From an uncultured delta proteobacterium (lineage in GTDB: Bacteria > Myxococcota > B64-G9), in contig CAVWHX010000005.1 of NCBI GenBank assembly GCA_963754925.1, positions 64,001-128,000 of the forward strand: a stretch of 64,000 bases of DNA, written 5' to 3'. Shown here piece by piece: positions 29,583 to 39,595 of the stretch. Position 1 is the stretch's first letter. Each line of letters starts with the position of its first letter. Both the position numbers and the translations under genes were made by a program. Under the pieces are notes generated by a model. That model was not told the origin of the DNA, searched no databases, and saw nothing but the letters and a program-made list of their open reading frames with translations.

Positions 29583-31889
29583 CTATTTTTGCTGCAACTG
29601 CCCGACGTCTGCACCCGTATCTTTGAAAAAGATTATCATCATCGACGGCAGCAGGAAGATATCGCACAATACCGCCAGAGAAAGGGTCATGGCGATGAGC
29701 GCTCCGAAGAATATTACCGACTTGACGTGCGCAAGCAGCATAATCAGATATCCGACGACCAGGTATACGTTGGATACGAACATCGGTTTGCCGACCATGA
29801 GCAGCGCCTGGTCAATGGCCTCCCGCTTCCGAGTGCCGAGGGATCGCAGCCTGTTGTACATGTTCATGAAATGGATGGAATTATCGACCGACAGACCGAT
29901 GGTAATCGCCGCAATGGTTACCGTTGCAATATCGAGGAATATACCGGTTGCGGCCATGAAGGCAAGGGTCAGAATAATGGGAAGAACATTCGGAAAGATT
30001 ACAATCAATAATTGCGCGACCGAGCGGAAAAGGATCCCCGTGGCCAAGAAGATGAGGATAAAGGCAATGATGAAGCTCGATATCTGACTTTGAGCGACAT
30101 AATCGATAAGCTTGGTATAGAGGGGAAGATAGCCGCCGAACGTTATTCCCACCTTATCGCCGAAGACACCTTTTATTTCAGCTTCGGCGCTGTCCTTGAA
30201 GGTCTCTAGCGTCCTGCTGGTCGCCATGGGAATACGCACCGTCAGTCTCGCTTCGCTGTAGTCGTTTTTTACCAGGGTGGACAGATCATTGTCTTCATTC
30301 AATTCATAGGAGAGGAGTTCCTGTGCGACGGCGTTACTGGAGTCCGGGATTCTGTAGGAACTTTCCTTGCCGTCGGTGAGAACCTGGTTGAGTTGTTTTA
30401 CTACGTCGACAATAGACGTTGCCTTCTGAAAATGAGGATTTCTATCTAAATTTTGTTGTAACCTGTCGAGATTCTTTAAAAATGTCGCTTCTTTCACCCC
30501 CTCGACCCCTTCAGCTTTGATTTGTATTTCATTGGGGAGATAGAATCCATAGTCTTTCTCTACAAACAGGGAGTCTTGCTTCACCTTGTTGCTGTCGAGC
30601 AGAAGATCGATGCTGTAGGTGTCGACGGTCAGATGAAAAATCCCATACACTCCTACGACCAACAAGATCAGGCTGGACAACAAGATCTTTCTATGATGCC
30701 TACCGTTTATAGAATTGACGAAGCCCAAGAATCGATGAAACCGAAGGTCCATGCGATCCCCTGTGGGCGATGCTTGTTGCGATGCACGACGTTTCTTCTG
30801 CTCGTATCTGCCGATAATGAAGGCACTGACGATGACCGCCACGATAAGCTCCAGCATCACGCCTATGGCGGCAAACAGTCCGAAGCTTTTGAGTATATGC
30901 ATGGGGCTTACGGTGAAGGCAAAAAAGCCCAGGGCGGTGGTGAGGGAGGTAAAGAAACAAGGCGCCATGGTGAACGCCAGACTGTCTCGCAACCGATGCT
31001 CCCCTTCTGGAAACGTTTCATAATTGGCAAAGATGAAAATAATATCCTCAAGCCCGAGTATGACGATAAGGGAAGGAAGTATGGCCGAGACCATATTAAG
31101 CTTTTGTCCGCAGAAAGCGTATACCCCCAAAAAGAGCAGCAGGTTTATTGCTGCTGCTACGATCGATGCAACCAGCAACCGGGCCCTTCTGAAAAGGAAG
31201 ATCAAAGTCGCCAGAATAAGCACAAACGACAATAGCGTAAAGAGAGACGCGTCATCCATGCTGATGCGGTTCAATTCATCATAGACCACACCCATTCCGG
31301 CAAGACGGTAGTCGATACCCTTGAGCGATTCTCTAATAAACTTGAGTAGCTCCGGACGCATTGCATCCATGTCTTTGCTCGCCACCGGTTCGATGAACAC
31401 CATCGTTGCCGTCCGGTTCTTATTGAAGAGCAACTTGTTCCACAGAGGCGAAGCTTCAAACTTGCTTTTGAGAGCGTCCCCGCTGAAATTTTCGTCGGGG
31501 CGTTCTTTCACAAAGTCTTCCACGACCAGACTATCGTTGCGTCTTTCCGTGTATGGGGCCATGGTCATGGACATGACCCGTTTAATCATCTGACTCTGCT
31601 TAATGTGTTTCGAAATGTCGTAGATACGCTCGACAAACGGACGATCAAACACGTTGCCGCCTGATGGTATCCACGCGATGACGATCTCGTCGGTACCGTA
31701 TATCCTTTTGAATTCATTGTAATTAACGAGTGTGGGATCGTCGCGCAGGAACCAGGTTTCAAGTGAATTGTCAATTTTAAGGTTCTTGAGCGACGTGGAC
31801 AGGGCTAGGGTTACCATCACCAGAGCGAGGAGGATGTACCATTTTCTCTTAATGAGGATCTCGGCAATTTTTTGAAGAAGATTTTTCAT
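29583..31889 (-). CDS. MMPL/RND family transporter
   Basis: Two repeats of TM, periplasmic domain and 5 TM; TSLTTALGF, IGLSVDNSIHF. Confidence 0.9.
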   Translation of the reverse strand: MKNLLQKIAEILIKRKWYILLALVMVTLALSTSLKNLKIDNSLETWFLRDDPTLVNYNEFKRIYGTDEIVIAWIPSGGNVFDRPFVERIYDISKHIKQSQMIKRVMSMTMAPYTERRNDSLVVEDFVKERPDENFSGDALKSKFEASPLWNKLLFNKNRTATMVFIEPVASKDMDAMRPELLKFIRESLKGIDYRLAGMGVVYDELNRISMDDASLFTLLSFVLILATLIFLFRRARLLVASIVAAAINLLLFLGVYAFCGQKLNMVSAILPSLIVILGLEDIIFIFANYETFPEGEHRLRDSLAFTMAPCFFTSLTTALGFFAFTVSPMHILKSFGLFAAIGVMLELIVAVIVSAFIIGRYEQKKRRASQQASPTGDRMDLRFHRFLGFVNSINGRHHRKILLSSLILLVVGVYGIFHLTVDTYSIDLLLDSNKVKQDSLFVEKDYGFYLPNEIQIKAEGVEGVKEATFLKNLDRLQQNLDRNPHFQKATSIVDVVKQLNQVLTDGKESSYRIPDSSNAVAQELLSYELNEDNDLSTLVKNDYSEARLTVRIPMATSRTLETFKDSAEAEIKGVFGDKVGITFGGYLPLYTKLIDYVAQSQISSFIIAFILIFLATGILFRSVAQLLIVIFPNVLPIILTLAFMAATGIFLDIATVTIAAITIGLSVDNSIHFMNMYNRLRSLGTRKREAIDQALLMVGKPMFVSNVYLVVGYLIMLLAHVKSVIFFGALIAMTLSLAVLCDIFLLPSMMIIFFKDTGADVGQLQQK

Positions 31890-31927
31890 GTCGGCGCCCA
31901 CTTTTTCATGACGGTTTTTGATACCGC

Positions 31928-33505
31928 TTAACTCGACAGTATCTTTTCCAGCTTTTCGTAATCAATTTTTGAATTGTGCCTCGGGTCCCTGGGTATTTCC
32001 TTGAGAAAAAGATATTTGTGCGGATTGATATCCTGAAGCAATTGTTTAATCTGTACGAGCAGTCTACCCTGGTCGTACGTGATTTTCTTCTTAAGCTCAA
32101 CGACCGCATAGATTGCGCCCTGGTGTTCGAGGACTGCCGAAAATGCCACCTCGGGAATGGTGCGAAGCCGCTGCTCATACGGTATGGGGTACCGGGATAA
32201 ACCGTTTGAATTGAAACGACGGACGACTCGCCCGACCAGGAATATATTTCCCTCCGGGTCAATCCATCCCGCGTCGCCGGTCCGGTGCCATACCTCATTG
32301 CCCGCAGTGATTTTATTGCGTTGGCTTATCTCCGGGTTGCCGAGATAGCGCTTAAGGACATGGGGACCCTTTACGATTATTTCTCCCGTCTCTCCTGGTG
32401 GCGCAAGGAAATCGTTCAGGGTCTCACCCTCATTGAGAACAATCGGTCCATCGATAGGTCGGACAACAGCGACCTCAGTACTGTTCGCCTTCTTCCCAAC
32501 CGGTAGACCATAGTCCGGATCGTACCGAAGCGTTTCCTTCAGGGGAATTATGCTGATCGGTAGCACTTCGGTGCAGCCATAGACTACCTCGATCTGTGTT
32601 TTCGGAAAGGCATCAGTCAGTTTTTGAGCCAGATCCCTGAATATGGGAGCGCCGCCGATGAACATCCGCTTAACGGGAAGGACTATATTGTTTTCGAGAA
32701 CATAGTCAGCAAGTTTTCCGAAGAATGCGGGAGAGCCAAGGCTCATCGTAACCTTGTGTTTAAGAGTCTGGTGTACTATCAATCGTGGATCGAATGAGAT
32801 TGGTTTAGCGGGATTGAACAAAGGCAGCACGCTCGTCGTACCGAGACCGAGGGTCTCAAAGACATAGACCGGGATGACCGTCATGTCGACATCGGTTTTC
32901 TCAAGGTTCAGATAATGGTTCACGATTGAAAACTGGGTCCACAGCAGTCCATGGCTCCGGTTGGCCCCCTTCGGCAAGCCCGTTGTTCCCGTTGTCAGGG
33001 TGATAATGGCCGTATCATCATCGTTCACTTCTTCGGGATGCGCCTTCAAGTCACTCTCTGTATCACCGGTGGCAGGAGAGACAATCTGGCGGTCTATGAG
33101 CTTGATGGGTATTCGTCGAATCTCCGATGAAAGCCGGAGTACCTGGGCCATCACCGAGCCGATGAAGCCGTTCGGCTTAGCGACCCGGCAGCAATCGGTC
33201 AGCCGTTTGCGATTGGCCCATGCGTCGATAAACACGGCCTCTGCGCCGAGGTACAGAATCGCCAGAATGGTAACATACAGGGAATACGACATAGGGACGA
33301 AGACGAGTATCCGGTCGCCTTTCTTAACGCCCCGAGCCCTTAACGCATTGGCGGTGCGTATCGTGTCCTGAGACATCTGACGATAGGAGATAATCCTTTC
33401 TGCGGGATCGCGGAAAAGCCGTTTTTCGCTTACAATGAGGGCAGTCTTATCCGGGTTTTCTGCCGCGCGATCAAAGAGTCCGGTGGTTATGTTAGGGTTG
33501 GTCAT
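31928..33505 (-). CDS. AMP-binding (ANL) enzyme, OleC-like
   Basis: TTGTTGLPKG, YGCTE, GEIIVKG, WHRTGDAG, IPRDPRHNSKIDY. Confidence 0.88.
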   Translation of the reverse strand: MTNPNITTGLFDRAAENPDKTALIVSEKRLFRDPAERIISYRQMSQDTIRTANALRARGVKKGDRILVFVPMSYSLYVTILAILYLGAEAVFIDAWANRKRLTDCCRVAKPNGFIGSVMAQVLRLSSEIRRIPIKLIDRQIVSPATGDTESDLKAHPEEVNDDDTAIITLTTGTTGLPKGANRSHGLLWTQFSIVNHYLNLEKTDVDMTVIPVYVFETLGLGTTSVLPLFNPAKPISFDPRLIVHQTLKHKVTMSLGSPAFFGKLADYVLENNIVLPVKRMFIGGAPIFRDLAQKLTDAFPKTQIEVVYGCTEVLPISIIPLKETLRYDPDYGLPVGKKANSTEVAVVRPIDGPIVLNEGETLNDFLAPPGETGEIIVKGPHVLKRYLGNPEISQRNKITAGNEVWHRTGDAGWIDPEGNIFLVGRVVRRFNSNGLSRYPIPYEQRLRTIPEVAFSAVLEHQGAIYAVVELKKKITYDQGRLLVQIKQLLQDINPHKYLFLKEIPRDPRHNSKIDYEKLEKILSS

Positions 33506-33511
33506 GGGTTT

Positions 33512-34708
33512 TCATGAGTACTTCTTCTTCAGTTTTAAGAGATACAGAAGTCTCTTGATGATAAAGGATACCAGCGGCCCCAGAACCACGACGGCGAGGG
33601 CCGTTAGGAGAGGGGCCTTGAAATAAAAGTAGAAAAGAATCCCTCCGCCGATACTCGAATCGAGGTTATCAACCATCGTCATCAGAAACCGGCCCTTCGT
33701 GGGGGATTCACCGGGCGCAATACCCATCCGCCGCTTTACGAAGGAATTGGGTAGCTCGGACAGCACATAACAAAAACCCACCACCAGGCCGAAGACGAGC
33801 CACGGCGTCTCCCTGATGTTGACAGTCAGTCGTTCGTATCCGCCGAGTAGCGCATAGGCCAGATACGCGCCGGGCACCGAAAAGAGCGGCATCAGGATAA
33901 AACCGCGAATCGTCTTGTTCTTCCCGAAGAGCCGCTGGCTTACGGGTATCTTCAGGAACGGCAGCCAATCCTTCTTTACCGCAACCATGTGCAGTACGCC
34001 GCCTATGGCGGCGGTGATAACCATCACCAGCGCGGTCACCGTATGGTCGTAAATAGAAAGGCCCATGCCAGGCTGCGGAACTCCACGATCAAATAACCCG
34101 AAGCCATCGAGGCAAAAGAGGAGGAAGTACGAAACGATGACCGCGAGCATTGCTTTCCAGTTCTTGGGTTTGTAGAACCTTTTATTATAGATCATGAAAA
34201 ATGCATAAGCTGCAAAGATCGCCGCAATGGCGGGCATAAGATATGCGGTAGCGATGAACCAACCGAGAATATAGAGGGGTCCCAGGAAAAGAACGCTCCA
34301 AAAAACAGGCATGCCGAGATAGGAGAGGCCTGCCTCTTCGTCTTTGATGTTGCCTATTTCATTGAAGACCGAGAGGCGTACGACCCCCGATATCAAGAAG
34401 AGTATCAAAACGGCGACGTAGTACCACGTATTGAAACCCCAGCAATACAGGAAGACCGCGGGCGCAGCCAGATAATCGAAGACGTCGATAAACCCGTCTA
34501 GATAGCGACCGAAGTTCCTCTCGGTACCGAATTTTCTGGCCAAGATTCCATCAAAGGCGTCAACCAGCATAGCCAGAAATAGTACGCTGAGGGCAAAAGA
34601 GAATTTGCCGGAAATCGAAAAGCCGATTGAAAGGCTGGAGAATACAACGCCGAGCAGCGTCAGATAGTCCACCCGATTCAATCGAATGATGAATGTCTCT
34701 TTTTTCAT
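33512..34708 (-). CDS. Fusion: CDP-alcohol phosphatidyltransferase + CarS/CDP-archaeol-synthase-like cytidylyltransferase
   Basis: N-half DAFDGILARx8GRYLDGFID, RLSVFN, YLGMP; C-half FGKNKTIRG, SELPNSFVKRRMG, DNLDS. Confidence 0.82.
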   Translation of the reverse strand: MKKETFIIRLNRVDYLTLLGVVFSSLSIGFSISGKFSFALSVLFLAMLVDAFDGILARKFGTERNFGRYLDGFIDVFDYLAAPAVFLYCWGFNTWYYVAVLILFLISGVVRLSVFNEIGNIKDEEAGLSYLGMPVFWSVLFLGPLYILGWFIATAYLMPAIAAIFAAYAFFMIYNKRFYKPKNWKAMLAVIVSYFLLFCLDGFGLFDRGVPQPGMGLSIYDHTVTALVMVITAAIGGVLHMVAVKKDWLPFLKIPVSQRLFGKNKTIRGFILMPLFSVPGAYLAYALLGGYERLTVNIRETPWLVFGLVVGFCYVLSELPNSFVKRRMGIAPGESPTKGRFLMTMVDNLDSSIGGGILFYFYFKAPLLTALAVVVLGPLVSFIIKRLLYLLKLKKKYS

Positions 34709-37470
34709 CAGGGCAGCCTTTTCGATTGGTTAGAATCGGCCTCGGATCGGGCTGTCTCGGGCGGCGGGCTGAGACGTTCGACGATGCCCTCGGCGCCGTT
34801 CATGCGCACCAGCTCCCGGTTCTTGATGATCTTGGTCAGCCCCGGGATATTGACGATGGCGGGGATTCCCAGCTCTCGCGCCACGACCGCGGAATGGGAA
34901 AGGGTGGAGCCGCGCTCGACGAGAATTCCGCCGGCGGTCGGAAACAGGGGCGCCCAACCGGGATCGGTCCGAACGGTACAGAGGATCTCGCCGTTGAGAT
35001 TGAGATCGTCTTTGGGCGAGAGAATGAGCTTAATTCTCTTTTCCACGATCCCCGGAAAGCAGCCGATGCCTTTGAGTATGTTGTCGGATTCTCGAATCGG
35101 CTGCTTGGCGCGATACTCGTAGGTGTTGTTATGGTATACGGGACCTTTCGTTGAAAAATGGTGGGGGAGCTCCTCATTTTCGTACGCCTTATATTCCACC
35201 TTTCTGCTTGCAACCAGGAGTTTATAATTCGACTGGACCGCGCGTCCGTCCATGTACGATTCGAGTTCTTCTTCGGTGAGAAAGAAGATATCCCTCGCAT
35301 CGTCCATAACCCCGTAACTGGCCAGTTGCCTTCCTATTTCAAGGAAAAGATCCCTGGTGAGACCGAATCCACGGGTGCGGGCGAGTCTCATATTCTCCCT
35401 GTATTTAACCCCCTGCCGCAGCTTTGTCACATCTCTCTTGAAAGCGGCGAGCGCCCGTTTCCCAAGTTTTGATTCGATTGCAGAAAATGCCTTCGCCTCG
35501 GCCTCGGAACGAAACTTCGTCTCGTTAAGAATCAGCGTGTCTATGGAGAGGTCAGGGCGCATGAGGAAATTCTTGATAACGGCGAACATGAACGAAGGGT
35601 CTTGACGCAGGGTGATCGATTCCAGCTTGAGCTCGCCCATGCAGCGATCGCCATAGAGTTCGATGTATTCAAGGCATTTCTCGTAGAACTGCGGGTTTTT
35701 GACCTTTAATGTTGTCAGCAGATGCTTGTTAGGTGTCTCCTTAAGCACCTGCAGTAACTCCGGCTTGGTGCGCGCCTCATCGCACAGACGCAGCAGAAAT
35801 TTCGTCGGCTCGGTGCTCTCAATCCCTTCCTCGCCCGACATGAGATTGTTCTGAATAACGGCCTGGTTTTCTACGCCGGCCTTTTCAAGCCAGCGGTGAA
35901 CTTTACCATTCATCATCATAACGTAGAAGTCGTTTATGATAGGGATTTGCCACTTTCCTATAAAATTAGCCTTTAGTTCTTCATGGAGATTGAGAAGCTC
36001 GGTCATTTCCAGGGTATGGAGCCTCGATCGGTCAATTTTGTCGTACTGATTCTGAAAATGGTTTTTGAATTCCGCGACCAACCGGTCGATCTTGCGAAAA
36101 TTTGACATGAGACTGTAAAGCGCCTTCAACAGCCCCGGCAGCTTGCTGAGTTTCTGGAGCGGGCTCAGTTTCTGTTCTTCGATAAAATCCACCGGGTCCT
36201 GCAAGCCCATCATGCGTTCCATATCGGCCTTGTTGGTCTTGAAAAAAGGAAGGATCAGCAGGCCTCGATACCAGTTATTGATATTGTAATAGACGCGACC
36301 TTTCACCAGACCGAGGAGATTTTTAAGAGCCGGCTCCATCCGCTGAAGCGTTTTCTTTGGTATTCCTATCACCTGCGCCGTCTGGGTATAAACCGATCGG
36401 TACGCGCGGCTTGCAAACGAGAAGGTAAGCGGCGTCGTGACCCCGCAATAGCTCTCCTGAATGTTTGAATTGTCCCATACAATGGTGTCGCCGGCGGGGA
36501 GCGCGGGAGGCGGCAGCGAGGTAATCGGCCTGGTTTGGAGAACATACAGCGTATCGCCTGAGATCGTCCACTCAATGTCCTGAGGAAAACGGAAAGACTC
36601 CGCGATCGAACGCCCCAGATCCCGGATGCGCCGTATTTCATCAATAGTCAAGCAGGGCGCGAGGCGAAGCTCCGGAGTGGTATCGATCTTCTTGGTTCCC
36701 TGTCCCGCCTCCGTGTCAAAGGCCAACAGGCAGTCCTTTTCGTTTATGGTAGATTCGATAGTGTCTCCGTACAGCTCAACCGTGAATTCATCGGTGTTGC
36801 AAACGCCCGAGACAATGCCCTCGCCGGCGCCGTAGCTGGCGGAGATGAGGCCGCGTTTTCTGGAGCCCGATACCGGGTGGGCGGTGAAGAAGACGCCCGA
36901 AACGCGGCTGTCGATCATGCGTTGCACAATGACCGCGGTTCTTGTGTCAAGTATGTTCATACCGTGATTGAGGCGATACCGTATTGCGCGTTCGGTAAAC
37001 GCGCCGGCAAAGACCATCGGAATCGATTTATAAACGGCATCTAATCCCTTCTGGTAGAGAAACGAATCCATCTGTCCGGCAAACGAGGCGGTGGCTGCAT
37101 CTTCGCCGACGGCGGAGGAGCGGACTGCATAAAAGCCTTTATGAGCTTCCGCGAACTTGTTTATTTCACCCCGGACGGCCTCCCTGATGTCTTCAGGCAG
37201 AGTGGTCGCCGAAACCTTGTTGCGTATCTCTTCGGCCAAGGTCCCCGCATCCTGGGGGTTCTCACGGATCCGGTTCAATCTCTCCCTGATCCACCCTTTG
37301 AGATTGTGGGCCTCAATCTGCTGGGCATAGGCCTCCGTGGTCACCACAAACCATTCGGGTACCGGCCATGAGCGGCTGGTCATCAACGCCAGATTTTTAG
37401 CTTTGCCACCGATGAGGGTTTCGTTATAGAGCGATGCCTCTGAGGCTGATAATACGAATCTCTTACTCAT
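34708..37470 (-). CDS. PEP-utilising dikinase with rifampin-phosphotransferase architecture
   Basis: GGKA, VRSSA.GED...SFAGQ, QDIEW, LQTRPIT, central domain, C-terminal SHSAVVARELGIP; no PEP/pyruvate barrel. Confidence 0.88.
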   Translation of the reverse strand: MSKRFVLSASEASLYNETLIGGKAKNLALMTSRSWPVPEWFVVTTEAYAQQIEAHNLKGWIRERLNRIRENPQDAGTLAEEIRNKVSATTLPEDIREAVRGEINKFAEAHKGFYAVRSSAVGEDAATASFAGQMDSFLYQKGLDAVYKSIPMVFAGAFTERAIRYRLNHGMNILDTRTAVIVQRMIDSRVSGVFFTAHPVSGSRKRGLISASYGAGEGIVSGVCNTDEFTVELYGDTIESTINEKDCLLAFDTEAGQGTKKIDTTPELRLAPCLTIDEIRRIRDLGRSIAESFRFPQDIEWTISGDTLYVLQTRPITSLPPPALPAGDTIVWDNSNIQESYCGVTTPLTFSFASRAYRSVYTQTAQVIGIPKKTLQRMEPALKNLLGLVKGRVYYNINNWYRGLLILPFFKTNKADMERMMGLQDPVDFIEEQKLSPLQKLSKLPGLLKALYSLMSNFRKIDRLVAEFKNHFQNQYDKIDRSRLHTLEMTELLNLHEELKANFIGKWQIPIINDFYVMMMNGKVHRWLEKAGVENQAVIQNNLMSGEEGIESTEPTKFLLRLCDEARTKPELLQVLKETPNKHLLTTLKVKNPQFYEKCLEYIELYGDRCMGELKLESITLRQDPSFMFAVIKNFLMRPDLSIDTLILNETKFRSEAEAKAFSAIESKLGKRALAAFKRDVTKLRQGVKYRENMRLARTRGFGLTRDLFLEIGRQLASYGVMDDARDIFFLTEEELESYMDGRAVQSNYKLLVASRKVEYKAYENEELPHHFSTKGPVYHNNTYEYRAKQPIRESDNILKGIGCFPGIVEKRIKLILSPKDDLNLNGEILCTVRTDPGWAPLFPTAGGILVERGSTLSHSAVVARELGIPAIVNIPGLTKIIKNRELVRMNGAEGIVERLSPPPETARSEADSNQSKRLP

Positions 37471-37526
37471 ATCGATAGCCTTTCCTGCAACGCAGGGTAT
37501 GGGCCGGGGCCTGCAATGCAGGGGTA

Positions 37527-38450
37527 TTACGGATAAGCGGCAAACGCAACCATTGAATTGATAAAGAGTCCCAACCCATAAAAAATACCGCCAGCCATAA
37601 CAAGTTTCGCCTTTTTTGAGTTAGGGCCACCGACAAACATCAGTTCGATCACGAGGAAGAGGAGATTGAGCGCAACCAGGATAAGCGTATATATCATGTT
37701 CATTCGGAACATGGCGTAAATAATAACGAAAGCGGCACCTGCCCCCATGGCGACGCCCTGATTGACTATGACCGCCGTATTGATGCCCCAGGACTTGGAG
37801 TATGAATCGGCGTGTTCCCGTTCCATTTCCGGCGACCATGTTTTCCGCGCGATTTCGTAGGTGATCGTGGCACACATCATCCCTATCATGAAGATGATCG
37901 TTGTCCGCATACCCGGTGGATCGACCCCGGTGATATCGAACCTCAGGGAGAGGCCGTACCATGCCAAGAGAGGTATTATCAGTTGGTGGCTTATTAGATA
38001 CAGGCTCATGTGTCTGTTGAGAAATTCCGGAACAAAGAATTCATATAACATGAGCAGCGACCAGATGATGATGCAAAGCCAGATAAGGGCTTGGGTCCAA
38101 CCAAAGGAGAGGCTAATCCCGATTTCTATAGCCAGCGCGGCATAGAGCAGGACCCGCAGGTCCTTGAGGGTTATCAGGCCCTTGCTCAGGACCCGTTCAG
38201 GATAGGCTACGACATCCTTTTCAGAGTCTTTATGTTCGTCGAATATTCTCAGGTGCAGCATGACGAGGAATATGACGATAACTCCGGGGATGGTTGCAAT
38301 GAACGGAAACCGTGGTTGGCCGCCGAGCAAACTGCCGAATAGGTACGGCACATACAAGAGAAGCACGGCAAGGACCAGGCCGCCGGCGATGGGGAATCTT
38401 TCATTTGACCACTGAATATACTTTTGAAATAGGGAGAGCTTCTGTTCCAT
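37527..38450 (-). CDS. UbiA-superfamily prenyltransferase-like membrane protein
   Basis: About 8-9 TM; LRIFDEHKDSEKD...PER..SKG; YEIARK...E..DSYS..WG. Confidence 0.72.
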   Translation of the reverse strand: MEQKLSLFQKYIQWSNERFPIAGGLVLAVLLLYVPYLFGSLLGGQPRFPFIATIPGVIVIFLVMLHLRIFDEHKDSEKDVVAYPERVLSKGLITLKDLRVLLYAALAIEIGISLSFGWTQALIWLCIIIWSLLMLYEFFVPEFLNRHMSLYLISHQLIIPLLAWYGLSLRFDITGVDPPGMRTTIIFMIGMMCATITYEIARKTWSPEMEREHADSYSKSWGINTAVIVNQGVAMGAGAAFVIIYAMFRMNMIYTLILVALNLLFLVIELMFVGGPNSKKAKLVMAGGIFYGLGLFINSMVAFAAYP

Positions 38451-38470
38451 ACGACCGCCTCCTCCAGCTC

Positions 38471-39562
38471 TTAGCGGGAAACCGCGATTTTGTATAACTC
38501 GTATTCCTTTTCGGTCTTGCTTGGTAAAGAAACGCGAGACGAAACATTTTGCGAGTGTACCAGTGCGATGATGACGTACTGATAGTTAAGGTCCCTGGCG
38601 TGCAGTCCCAGCAAATAGGATGCTGCGTTGGCGATCCCCCTGATCCGGTATTCGGTGAATAGGCCTCCTGTTTTGAGTATCAGGCCTTTTGAGCGGTTTT
38701 TCTTCAGGAGAAACCGGATCTTTCCCGGCAGAGAATGCAGATAAATGCTGTTGAAGAGATAGGTGTAGTCCGGAGAACCGAAGAGAAATCCAATGGGTTT
38801 CTTCGCTTCATTAAGGCCAAAAACGAAAAAGTTTTCATCCAGGAGTCCGATGGAGGGGAGATGGATATCGAGAAACCGCTCAAAGGAGATATCCCCATAA
38901 AAGGGGTTCTCATGAAAGACTTGAATGCTAAGGTCATACACGTTTCGCAGCTCATTTCGTATATCGGATTTATTAAATGGCCTGAACGTGATCCCCGATT
39001 CGATGGTTTTCTCGTAGGATTTTTTATTCTTTTCTATAAAATCGTCTACTTTATTCAGGTAGCTCTTGTAAAGGAATGTTTCATCCACACCATATCGGGT
39101 CGCAAACTGCGCGTAGTATTCCTTGTTGTCGGCTTCAAGGAAGAATTCGAATGAGTCGAATCCTTTGGAGATGAATCGGTACGGATACCACGTGGAAATA
39201 TAGAAAGGAAATAAAATGTAACGGTTTTTATCTTTAAAAAGCCCCTTTCCAAAATCGATCATGGCGGAAAAGACGTCATAGTCCTCGATCACCTCGAACA
39301 GACCGATCTGGCCGTAGGGCGTTCCCTCTTGGTCGCGGATGTCGTTCTTGCTGCCTATGGCCATCCTTCCCACGATGTTGCCCTCTTTTCTTGCCAGAAA
39401 AAACATGTGGTCGGTACCGGCTGCAACGAGCTGCCTGGTTCTGGTTATGCCGTTTTTGGTCTTGGCGTTGTTGCCGTAGAGGAGTAGGGGAAGGTTCAGG
39501 AAGTCCTTCAGCTGCGAAGAATTACCCGGATCAATTCTCTTGATTTCTATACTGCCATTCAT
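38471..39562 (-). CDS. GNAT-like protein (YghO-like)
   Basis: FLNLP..LY, IVGRMA, GQIGLFE, EYRIRGIA acyl-CoA motif. Confidence 0.65.
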   Translation of the reverse strand: MNGSIEIKRIDPGNSSQLKDFLNLPLLLYGNNAKTKNGITRTRQLVAAGTDHMFFLARKEGNIVGRMAIGSKNDIRDQEGTPYGQIGLFEVIEDYDVFSAMIDFGKGLFKDKNRYILFPFYISTWYPYRFISKGFDSFEFFLEADNKEYYAQFATRYGVDETFLYKSYLNKVDDFIEKNKKSYEKTIESGITFRPFNKSDIRNELRNVYDLSIQVFHENPFYGDISFERFLDIHLPSIGLLDENFFVFGLNEAKKPIGFLFGSPDYTYLFNSIYLHSLPGKIRFLLKKNRSKGLILKTGGLFTEYRIRGIANAASYLLGLHARDLNYQYVIIALVHSQNVSSRVSLPSKTEKEYELYKIAVSR

Positions 39563-39595
39563 CTGTCAGCCCTCCCCCTGGACGCGGCACACTCC

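Noticed and set aside
34708..37470. PEP synthase or rifampin-resistance gene
   Set aside because: It lacks the pyruvate-binding domain and sits inside a biosynthetic operon; shared architecture does not establish the substrate.
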